NCBI RefSeq assembly: GCF_003217775.1
Contig: NZ_QJVJ01000012.1
Coordinates: forward strand, 1-64,000
From: Paenibacillus flagellatus
GTDB lineage: Bacteria; Bacillota; Bacilli; Paenibacillales; NBRC-103111
Direction: 5' to 3'
Length of the DNA stretch: 64,000 bases
Part shown: piece after piece, positions 9,232 to 17,304 of the stretch
Position numbering within the stretch: the first letter of the stretch is position 1
Layout: each line of letters begins with the position of its first letter
Notes under the pieces: generated by a model
What the model was told of the DNA's origin: nothing
Seen by the model: only the letters and a program-made list of their open reading frames with translations
Database searches by the model: none
Made by a program: the position numbers and the translations under genes

Positions 9232-9456
9232 CTAACCCTCCACCAAATCCACAATCTCCCGAATATCGCTGATGCCTAGAGCATCGGCGATTTTTTCAAT
9301 ATGCGAGAAGTTGATGTTCGCGCGCTTGCCGTTGGCTAACTCGCTTAAGGCGGCATGGCGGACGTCGGACAAGCGGGAGAGCTCCCTTAAGGAAATACCT
9401 CGTTGTTTCAACAACTCCGGAATTTTCACAACCACTTTCTTGGACATTTGGATCAC
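9232..9456 (-). CDS. XRE-family (Cro/cI-type) helix-turn-helix transcriptional regulator
   Basis: 74-aa protein QRGISLRELSRLSDVRHAALSELANGKR, a typical HTH_XRE. Sits at the island boundary, divergent from the next ORF. Confidence 0.8.
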   Translation of the reverse strand: MIQMSKKVVVKIPELLKQRGISLRELSRLSDVRHAALSELANGKRANINFSHIEKIADALGISDIREIVDLVEG

Positions 9457-9567
9457 CGCTCCACTTTGGAATTGACTATACGCGATAACGTACCATATAA
9501 TTGAAGAAGGGCTGGTACGTATATGCGTAACATCATTTATTCAGTATTCCGCGATTGGAGGAGGCCT

Positions 9568-9855
9568 ATGCATGAATGGATCAATGAAACGATCGTAGAG
9601 AGGTTCCGCCTCTTATCCGGCAACGCCGAACAACTAGAAGAGGTTAAGGTACTACGAGCCCGTACTAGGGAAGCCGAACAACAACTCCTCGCAAACATGC
9701 CGCATGAAAGAGAGCATCTAGACAACCTGCTCAACCTGCTCACAGAACTCGACACCCTACATAACAAGCACTTCTATGCCAAAGGACTACAGGACGGCAT
9801 CCAACTTCTTATCTTTTTCCTGTTTGACGACGGCATTTTGGAGTCCAATAAATAA
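9568..9855 (+). CDS. Hypothetical small protein (95 aa) divergent from the XRE regulator
   Basis: ATG at 9568 preceded by GGAGGAGG. The ORF track's 9523 start is an upstream extension. No known motif. Confidence 0.4.
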   Translation: MHEWINETIVERFRLLSGNAEQLEEVKVLRARTREAEQQLLANMPHEREHLDNLLNLLTELDTLHNKHFYAKGLQDGIQLLIFFLFDDGILESNK

Positions 9856-9892
9856 TGGGTACCTACCATTCCCCGAAAAGAAAGGAGCTTGC

Positions 9893-10180
9893 ATGATCCT
9901 TACCCAAGACATCCCTCTCTGGTGGGTCATCGCCATCGGCGTCCCGGTCATCCTCCTCAACCTGTACTTGGAATTCCGCCACCGCAAAAAGGAGGAGGCG
10001 AAAGCATCGGAAGACGGCGAAAAAGCCAGCGGGTCACGGAGCACAAACGCCCCGATCCAAGACTACGGCTACTGGCGCACGATCACGAAGCCTCGCAAGC
10101 CGGATGCCCCCGCGCCAGATAACCGTTCGGCGATCCCGAACGAGGAAGGAGATCCCCCCAGCAAAACCAGCCGGTCCTGA
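9893..10180 (+). CDS. Small membrane protein (single TM helix, Pro/charged-rich tail)
   Basis: ATG at 9893 with RBS AAAGGAG 6 nt upstream. Sequence MILTQDIPLWWVIAIGVPVILLNLYLEF is a TM helix. Confidence 0.4.
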   Translation: MILTQDIPLWWVIAIGVPVILLNLYLEFRHRKKEEAKASEDGEKASGSRSTNAPIQDYGYWRTITKPRKPDAPAPDNRSAIPNEEGDPPSKTSRS

Positions 10181-10335
10181 CCCGAACTCTTACGTAGCCC
10201 CGCTCAGCCATAGCCGTCCCAATCGGGCGGCTTTCCATTTTCCCCAAACATTTTCCACGTCGTAATACTTTCGCCATGTTCGCGGCGCCTCGGATGAGCG
10301 AATATAGGAGGCAGAGATCAACGAAGCGGAGGCTT

Positions 10336-11763
10336 ATGAGGAACATGGAACGTCAAGCAATCGAGCATGGACACAATCATTACGAGATGGAGCTGCCGCA
10401 CGGCCGGCTGCATCTGTACGCGAGCCCGGACGTGATGCGATCGTTCGAGGCGAAGGTATACGAGATGGCGGACAACAATTTGCGCATTCCGCGCAATGTG
10501 TATATGAGCTATACCCCGGACGCGCATGTGGGTGTCGGGACGTGCATCGGGACGACGGCGGTGTGGCGGATGAAGGACGGCTTCGTGTCGCCGTCGATCG
10601 TCGGGGTGGACATCGGGTGCGGGATGCGGGTGCATCTGACGCCGCTGCATCGTCGTGACATACAGGACCGGGCGGTGCGCCGGGCGCTGATCGAGGCGAT
10701 CGAGCGGTACGTGCCGACGAACGAGCGGACGAATACGCACTATGCGGATATCGACATCATGGACGTCGTGCGGCACGGCTTGAAGGGATTGCCGGAGCGG
10801 TACGTCCCGGATGAACGGTGGCTGACGCACGTGGAGGAGTCGACGTTCAAGTTCGACCATGCGTACCTGGAGCATCTGCCGCCGAAGATTCGCAAGTATG
10901 CTCACGGGCAGCTCGGGACGCTGGGAGGCGGGAATCATTTCATCGAGCTGCAGTATGTGGAGCTGGCGGAGGAGCAGCGGGAGCTGGCGGAACGGTGGGG
11001 CTTGTTCGACGGTCAGGTCGTTGTCATGATCCATTCCGGCTCCCGGGCGTGGGGCGCGATGCTCGGTCAGGCGTACACGAAGGAGCTGCGCGAGGCGATG
11101 TACAGCTGGGGCGTGGAGAACCCGGACCGCAACCTGATCTACGCCCCGATCGCGAGCCGGGAAGGGCAGTCGTACTTGAACCTGATGTACTCGGCGCTGA
11201 ACTTCGCGGTGAGCAACCGCCATATGATCGCCTACGGGGTGCGGGAAGCGTTCCGCGACGTGTTCGGGGCGGAGATGGAGCTGCCGGTGCTCTACGACTT
11301 GATGCACAATTATGCGCTCAAGGAGTTCCACCGCAACGAGCCGATGCTCGTCCATCGCAAAGGCGCGACGCGGGCGCTGCCGCCGGGACACTTCCTGAAC
11401 GCGGCGGCGTACAAGGAGACGGGGCACCCGGCCTTGATCCCCGGCTCGATGGGAACATCGTCGTATATCATGGTCGGTCGGCCGGAGGGGATCAAAAACT
11501 TTTACTCGATCTGCCATGGTGCCGGCCGGGCTCGCTCCCGCAAGGCGACGAAGGAGCTCGTGACGGTCGATCAGTTCGAACGGTCGCTGCGGGTCGGGAC
11601 GGACGACGAGGTTCTGGTCAACCACCGGTCGCTCCAGTCGATTCTCGACGAATGCCCGCAAGCGTACAAGGACGTCGACCAAATCATCGACAGCGTCGTC
11701 GGCGCGTCGCTTGCCGATGTGGTGGCGACATGCAAGCCGATGGCCGCCATCAAGGGCGTATAA
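10336..11763 (+). CDS. rtcB: RNA-splicing ligase RtcB (3'-phosphate/5'-OH RNA ligase)
   Basis: GVDIGCGMR, the GGGNHFIELQ signature, HSGSRAWG and ICHGAGR. Start ATG at 10336 (GGAGG upstream); the 10276 start in the ORF track is probably an extension. Confidence 0.9.
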   Translation: MRNMERQAIEHGHNHYEMELPHGRLHLYASPDVMRSFEAKVYEMADNNLRIPRNVYMSYTPDAHVGVGTCIGTTAVWRMKDGFVSPSIVGVDIGCGMRVHLTPLHRRDIQDRAVRRALIEAIERYVPTNERTNTHYADIDIMDVVRHGLKGLPERYVPDERWLTHVEESTFKFDHAYLEHLPPKIRKYAHGQLGTLGGGNHFIELQYVELAEEQRELAERWGLFDGQVVVMIHSGSRAWGAMLGQAYTKELREAMYSWGVENPDRNLIYAPIASREGQSYLNLMYSALNFAVSNRHMIAYGVREAFRDVFGAEMELPVLYDLMHNYALKEFHRNEPMLVHRKGATRALPPGHFLNAAAYKETGHPALIPGSMGTSSYIMVGRPEGIKNFYSICHGAGRARSRKATKELVTVDQFERSLRVGTDDEVLVNHRSLQSILDECPQAYKDVDQIIDSVVGASLADVVATCKPMAAIKGV

Positions 11764-11957
11764 ACCGAGGCGCCGGGTTTCCCGGCCGCCAAACCTTTCA
11801 CCACTAACGGTGGTTGACGTCCGAAGGACGTTTGATCATACATGGGCTTGATGTACGGGTGGCGTACCCGGGCAGGGACGTCTTCACCGTCCCGCAGTGC
11901 TCGCGCACGCTGTGTGCGGGTATGCTGTACGGCCTCTCCGGCTCTTGCTCCGCCAAT

Positions 11958-11972
11958 GGGGTTCGATTCCCC
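11958..11972 (+). other. tRNA-like T-arm motif (GGGG-TTCGATT-CCCC) in the noncoding gap downstream of rtcB
   Basis: Exact T-loop consensus GGTTCGATTCC flanked by a 4-bp stem. No matching acceptor stem, D-arm or anticodon arm was found, so it is not a complete tRNA or tmRNA. Confidence 0.3.
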
Positions 11973-12307
11973 GCATCGTCTTGACACGATGTCTCTGGTA
12001 GAGAACTCGACTTTCCATCGAGGGATACCTATTAAGCAAACCGACCTTCGCCTGGAATCCTCGGTGGCACCTTACGCACGCTGCGCCGGGGCTCTGCAAT
12101 CCGCGGATACCGAACCGGGCAGGCGGGCCCGACCGTCGAACGGACGGGGAGGGAGGCAGGCTGCAAGCGGGCCGATCCTCCGTTCCCGGCAAGTCCGGCG
12201 AGACGCCTCGGCCTCCCCGGTTCTCAAGCGGGATTCCGCTGCCGACGCAGGAGGATTCCAAGGTTCGGGGTCACCCAACCAACGACTATACAAGGGGGTT
12301 CCATCCC

Positions 12308-13423
12308 ATGTTGAAAACGATAACGATCCAAACGGACGAGCGCGGCTTGCTGTTCCGCCGCGGAAGCTACGAAAGGATGCTGGCGCCGGGCACGTACCGG
12401 TTCTTGTCGTGGTCCGGCTATACGGTCGAGACGCTCTCGATCGTGAAGCCGTTCGAGGTGCCGGGCAAGGAGCTGGCGCTGTTCGCGCACGACGAGAGGC
12501 TGCTGCGCGAGCTGGACGTGATCCACGTGGCCGACCACGAGGTGGCGCTGCACTACGAGGACGGCAAGTTCGCGTCGCTGCTGAAGGCGGGGAGCCATGC
12601 GTTCTGGAACGTGCTGAAAAAGCACGAATTCGTCCGCATCGACATCCGCGAGCCCGAGCTGCCGGCGAGCTTGAACCCGGCGGTGCTGCCGAAGCTGATG
12701 CTGTACTACCAGACGTTCGAGGTGGCGAACCACGAGTCGGGCGTCCTGTTCTACAACCACGTCATGCAGCGGGAGCTGGCGCCGGGCAAGTACTATTTCT
12801 GGAAAGGACCGGTCTCGGTAACGGTGAAGACAGTGGACCTGCGTCAGCAGCAGATCGACATGACCGGCCAGGAGATGATGACGGAGGACAAGGTGACGCT
12901 GCGGCTGAACTTCGTCTGCCAATACCAGATCGCGAACCCGCTGCGGGCGCTGTCGTTCAAGTCGTTCGAGGAGCAGCTGTACATCCAGCTGCAGCTCCAC
13001 CTGCGGGAATACGTCGGCACGATGAAGCTCGACGACCTGCTCCGCATGAAGCAGGAGATCGCGACGTTCGTCCTGTCCCGCTTGAACGCGAAGAGCGAGG
13101 AGTACGGCGTCCGGTTCTTGTCGGCTGGCGTGAAGGACATCATCCTGCCGGGGGACATCAAGGACATCTTGAACACGGTGCTGCTGGCGGAGAAGAAGGC
13201 GCAGGCGAACACGATCACCCGGCGCGAGGAGACGGCGTCGACCCGCAGCCTGTTGAACACGGCGAAGCTGATGGACGAGAACGAGACGCTGTTCCGGCTG
13301 AAGGAGCTGGAATTTCTCGAGAAAATATGCGAGAAAATCGGCACGATCTCGCTCACGGGCGGCGGCAACCTGCTGGAGCAGCTGAACTCGCTGCTCGGCG
13401 AGCGTAACGCGGGGAAGGCGTAG
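12308..13423 (+). CDS. SPFH/band-7 (stomatin/flotillin-like) domain protein
   Basis: SPFH-type pattern QIDMTGQEMMTEDKVTLRLNFVCQYQIANPLRA. Alternating EKKAQA coiled-coil C-terminus. Confidence 0.65.
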   Translation: MLKTITIQTDERGLLFRRGSYERMLAPGTYRFLSWSGYTVETLSIVKPFEVPGKELALFAHDERLLRELDVIHVADHEVALHYEDGKFASLLKAGSHAFWNVLKKHEFVRIDIREPELPASLNPAVLPKLMLYYQTFEVANHESGVLFYNHVMQRELAPGKYYFWKGPVSVTVKTVDLRQQQIDMTGQEMMTEDKVTLRLNFVCQYQIANPLRALSFKSFEEQLYIQLQLHLREYVGTMKLDDLLRMKQEIATFVLSRLNAKSEEYGVRFLSAGVKDIILPGDIKDILNTVLLAEKKAQANTITRREETASTRSLLNTAKLMDENETLFRLKELEFLEKICEKIGTISLTGGGNLLEQLNSLLGERNAGKA

Positions 13424-13462
13424 CGTGGGAGAGTGAGCCTCCTGAATAAATGGGACGATACG

Positions 13463-13502
13463 GGTACGAGGCTGAGCGGTATATGGCTTCGTACCTTTTT
13501 TT
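13463..13502 (+). terminator. Rho-independent terminator after the SPFH gene
   Basis: 10-bp stem GGTACGAGGC / GCTTCGTACC (one G·U pair), followed by TTTTTTT. Confidence 0.7.
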
Positions 13503-14355
13503 GGTAAGGGTGTGTATGTTGATCGTGATCGATCGCGCCCGTAGTGCGAAGAACGATCGAATGCGGTGTGACGATGGAGGGATAGCGGATAACGAGGCTG
13601 CTAGATCGTTGGCGGGATTTTGGGCAATCCTTATATTTGCTTCGGAACAAGGGAGGACCGGAAGTCCTATCCGAAGAAGTAGGTGTCACGGCGACGGAGA
13701 AGGCGGGCACTGGCGGGGATGATCCGGATGTTCCGGAGAAAACACTCAGCGCATTTTTTATAAATCGAGCTGGGCAGCCTCGACGGGCAAGATCATTGAA
13801 CGGCGGTAAATGATGCGCTAGCGTTTCGTTTAGTAGATAGCCCCCAATCGAAGGTATTCGCTGTGTTGCTCCGAGCACCATTGAAGATTGCAGCCGCAAG
13901 CAGGCCTGCGTAAAATACGGAAGGCCAGGGTGGGGCGGGGCGGTTGCCTTGTCGGCACATCTGTCTGCACCGCCCTTGACCGGGGATGTCCGCGAATTGG
14001 ACTGTATCGGTTAGTGAGAAGAGACAACGTGTTATGGGAGGTCCCTTCATTTTTCGGAGTGAGTATTTGAAGGAGGAGCAGCCGATTTGTCGCTATTCCG
14101 GGATCCGAACGTATTGACACTTACGCTGCGTCAACCCTTAAAGTAAGTACATAAAGAAAGGGATTCGCCGCTATACAACATAGATTCCGAGCACCTAGTA
14201 CCCATGATGATTATGAGAAATGGCAAATAAGACCGTTCAGAATGGCGGCATAATGAACGGGGGCACGACTCCAACGCCGAAGCGATAAAAATGAATATAT
14301 GTCCGCAATTGAAGGAAACGCACAACGATATTCGACATAAAGGGGGAAGAATCCG

Positions 14356-15420
14356 ATGCATATTGAGCTTCAAAACACCTTGCCTGCCCTAAAACGTTTT
14401 TTTACGGAACGAATTCCTCCTAATGAACGTTTATCCCGATACTTGGAGTGGGCAGAAAGCGAGCACGGTACGATTACTTTGCTGAAGAAGGTGAAAGGAC
14501 GGAAGCCGTCGTTCCAAGACGCCGATATCCTTTCCGCCGTCCGAAGCGACGGTATCGATATTTTGGAAGCGCAGCAGCAGTACGGTCTGTTTAATCCGTC
14601 GAGGAACCTGGAAGCGACGAAATGGAGCTTTGACCAATCGGAACGGCAGCAGCTGGATACCCGGGTTTTGACGAGGCTGGAAACGTTGGCGAGGGCGCTC
14701 CCGTCCTCTCTGCTGCCGGAACGGCTCGTCGTCGTCGTCCTGCCGGCGGATTGCGCGAACGGAACGCTGATGCTGAACGGTTCCGGGATCAGCTGTTACG
14801 GTCGCGCGCCGGGTTATTTGCTGCTGCGCATCTGGCCTTCTACGGGCAATCTGAGTCGCCTCGATTCCGTTCTCGCGAGGAGCTTCATCCACGGAATTCG
14901 GCGAGGCGTACAGCGGATCGAATCCGCCATCCCGCTCGGCGAAGCCTTTGTTATGGAAGGATTGGCGGCCGCTTTCGTGCAAAGTATGGTTCCCGAAGCA
15001 GCCCATCCGGAGCTGGCAAGCTTCCTTCCGCCGGCGGACTGGGAGGAGCACCTCTCGACTATTGCAAGATACTACGGCGAAGCAAGCTACGACGACGTAT
15101 CGGTCAATATATACGGGACGCCGATCAAGGCCGGCAGCATGCGGCCTCCGAAGGTGGTTCCATTGACGGAAGAGGAGCTGGAGGCGAGTTGCACACGCCT
15201 TGCGCCGCAAGCGTTCCGTCAGGAGGCCAACGTCGTCGCCGCCCATCTTTACGGAGATCCGCTCATCACCGCGCAAGGGCTCCCGTCCTTCGGAATCCCG
15301 CATCTCGGAGGCTTCGAGGCGGGATACCGCATCGTCAGACGATTTTTGCAAAAGACACGCAGCAGCTTGTCGTCGGCGTTGTCCGTACCGTGGGAAGACA
15401 TGGTCCAGGCGGAAAGGTAG
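14356..15420 (+). CDS. Hypothetical protein (possibly DUF2268-like predicted metallopeptidase; family assignment uncertain)
   Basis: 354-aa ORF in high-G+C codon style. No motif I can assign confidently. Confidence 0.45.
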   Translation: MHIELQNTLPALKRFFTERIPPNERLSRYLEWAESEHGTITLLKKVKGRKPSFQDADILSAVRSDGIDILEAQQQYGLFNPSRNLEATKWSFDQSERQQLDTRVLTRLETLARALPSSLLPERLVVVVLPADCANGTLMLNGSGISCYGRAPGYLLLRIWPSTGNLSRLDSVLARSFIHGIRRGVQRIESAIPLGEAFVMEGLAAAFVQSMVPEAAHPELASFLPPADWEEHLSTIARYYGEASYDDVSVNIYGTPIKAGSMRPPKVVPLTEEELEASCTRLAPQAFRQEANVVAAHLYGDPLITAQGLPSFGIPHLGGFEAGYRIVRRFLQKTRSSLSSALSVPWEDMVQAER

Positions 15421-15819
15421 GGAGAACCGAACATCCAAACGACTCGGTGACAACGTTCCTCTGTTGAACCCTAAACCCGGAATGGCAGAGTACGACGCTT
15501 TAGGGCTGTAATGGATCGGCTCTTGCTGGAACAGAACGCTTTTTTTGCTGCTTCGGGCGGGTATACCGCCGGCTCGCCACCCTCCGAAGCCTTCACGTCC
15601 CGATGGTCCACGAAAACGCTCGGTTCACCTTGTCCCAATGCCGTACCAATACCCAAGAGGATGTTGGACATGGAATCGGCATGCTCGCCATTCGACCATC
15701 CGTGTGTAACGATTCCGGTCCATGTGACTTATAGTCGGCTGCAATCGTTCGGATAACCGGGTATTATGGCTTATGGAGCAGCCTATTGCATGCAATTGGG
15801 GAGAAGGGGGATTAGCGCC

Positions 15820-17205
15820 ATGAAGAAGTTTTCCATATTGGTGGTATTCAGCTTAATCGTTTCGGTTTTTGCGTCGCTTACGGCTATGGCGGCCGGCGGG
15901 GTTCGCGTCGATACGAAAAACGGGGGATCCGTATCCGTATCGAATGTCATCGATGAGAAGGAATTTGAGGATGAGGGCGCGGGAGTGGGCAACATCATCT
16001 TCGTTTCGGATACGGCGGTCACGCTTACCATCCAAGGAAACGATCCTCATCCGAATATCAGCTATCGCCCGAAAGCGAGCCTGAACGGGCGGTCTTTCGA
16101 TCTCGGGAGCGAGCGGGAGGACGTCGAAGTGGCCAACCGTGTCGCCACCTTAAGCAAGCCCGGCTACTACGGGGTGAATGTGCGGTTCGGCAGCGACTTC
16201 TCCGCCGATACGGTAGCGGAGTTTGTCGTACAAATTTTGGGTAACGGGTCGAATTCCGAGGGGGATACGAAAACCGAGCGTGCCCCCGCGGACGTACAAG
16301 AGGCGGTGAATGCCGAACCGACGGCTTCGAATGTCAGGGTCGACGGGCATGAAAAATCGTTCGAGGCGTACAACATTAACGGCAATAACTTCTTCAAGCT
16401 GCGGGACCTTGCCGCCGTTTTGAGCGGAACCCGGAAGCAGTTCGAAGTGAGCTGGGACAGCGACAAAAATGCGATCAATCTGATCACCGGAAAAGCCTAT
16501 ACCTCCGTAGGCGGAGAGCTCGCCCTGTCGGACAAGCCGGTTACGCAGAAGGCGTCGTCGACCGCATCCGTTATTTACATCGATGGGAAGCAAACGCAAT
16601 TAACTGCCTACAATATCAACGGCAATAACTATTTCAAATTGCGCGATATCGCCAAAGCGATCAATTTCGGCGTGACTTGGGACGGAACGAGCAACCGGAT
16701 CGGGATGGACTCGGCAGCCGAATACGTGGAGCCGGAAGCGGAGAAGTCTCCTTCGGGTGAAACGGTGCCGGCGGCAAAAGGGTTCCATGTGAAAATCAAC
16801 AACGACACGCAGACGGGGACGGTTCCGGAATTCCAACTCGAGCTTTGGTCCGTGAAGGAAGACAACCTGTTGGGGGCCGTTCAGGCGAATGCAAGTCATT
16901 ACGACCGGAATATCGGCGTCTACAACCTGACTTTCGACTATGAGGGGTACAAAGCCGGGGACGAGCTTGCCCTTGTGTTAAGAGAAGCGGACAGCTCGAT
17001 AGCCTATATCTCCTTTACGTTTACGAAGATCAATGAAGCCGGCGATTTGGAACGGAGTACGTACAAGGTGGAAAAGGGAACGCATGTCAAGCTGAAGATT
17101 GAAGAAAAAACGTACTACCCTGGCGAAGATGAAACCGTAACGGCGACGACGCTGATCGGTTCGGACCTTTATCCGATCGAAGGGTTCCTCAAGAAGGGGA
17201 AATAA
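15820..17205 (+). CDS. Secreted protein with two copper-amine-oxidase N-terminal-like (stalk) domains
   Basis: Signal peptide MKKFSILVVFSLIVSVFASLTAMAA after RBS GAAGGGGGA. Two copies of YNINGNN(F/Y)FKLRD(L/I)A...W(D/N) at ~16350-16500 and ~16590-16720. The ORF track's 15766 start is an extension. Confidence 0.65.
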   Translation: MKKFSILVVFSLIVSVFASLTAMAAGGVRVDTKNGGSVSVSNVIDEKEFEDEGAGVGNIIFVSDTAVTLTIQGNDPHPNISYRPKASLNGRSFDLGSEREDVEVANRVATLSKPGYYGVNVRFGSDFSADTVAEFVVQILGNGSNSEGDTKTERAPADVQEAVNAEPTASNVRVDGHEKSFEAYNINGNNFFKLRDLAAVLSGTRKQFEVSWDSDKNAINLITGKAYTSVGGELALSDKPVTQKASSTASVIYIDGKQTQLTAYNINGNNYFKLRDIAKAINFGVTWDGTSNRIGMDSAAEYVEPEAEKSPSGETVPAAKGFHVKINNDTQTGTVPEFQLELWSVKEDNLLGAVQANASHYDRNIGVYNLTFDYEGYKAGDELALVLREADSSIAYISFTFTKINEAGDLERSTYKVEKGTHVKLKIEEKTYYPGEDETVTATTLIGSDLYPIEGFLKKGK

Positions 17206-17213
17206 TCCGGTAG

Positions 17214-17246
17214 AGATGGTGCCCTATGGGCATCATCTTCTTTTTG
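17214..17246 (+). terminator. Rho-independent terminator for the 15820..17205 gene
   Basis: GATGGTGCCC-TAT-GGGCATCATC stem, followed by TTCTTTTTGTG. Confidence 0.7.
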
Positions 17247-17254
17247 TGTGACAT

Positions 17255-17291
17255 GGAAAACGGGGGCTGGCGATAACGCCATGCCCCCGTT
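17255..17291 (-). terminator. Rho-independent terminator for the minus-strand SLH gene
   Basis: AACGGGGGC / GCCCCCGTT 9-bp stem. On the minus-strand RNA it is followed by UUUUCC. Confidence 0.6.
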
Positions 17292-17304
17292 CGTAGGATG
17301 CGGA

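Noticed and set aside
10318-11682. 454-aa minus-strand ORF antisense to rtcB, and similar long antisense or overlapping ORFs throughout the high-G+C part (e.g. 10818..11807, 17758..21996, 24542..26350, 24985..25914, 26472..27860, 29651..30889, 42885..45122, 45397..47676, 52349..54844, 52645..55209, 60311..62548)
   Set aside because: In ~68% G+C DNA, stop codons are rare in all frames. These ORFs overlap confidently identified genes (RtcB, HtpG, PtsI, SLH proteins). Their translations are Arg/Pro/Ala-rich low-complexity with no motifs.
11958-11972. Complete tRNA or tmRNA gene at the T-arm motif
   Set aside because: Only the T-arm is present. I could not find a complementary acceptor stem, D-arm, anticodon arm or CCA/ACCA end within ±90 nt. 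Kept only as a tRNA-like motif finding.
11842-13407. 521-aa plus-strand ORF spanning the rtcB to SPFH gap and overlapping the SPFH gene
   Set aside because: Arg/Ala/Gly-rich nonsense translation in a different frame from the well-supported SPFH gene. No RBS.
13450-13722. 90-aa ORF after the SPFH gene
   Set aside because: Overlaps the intrinsic terminator hairpin. No RBS. Mixed codon bias.
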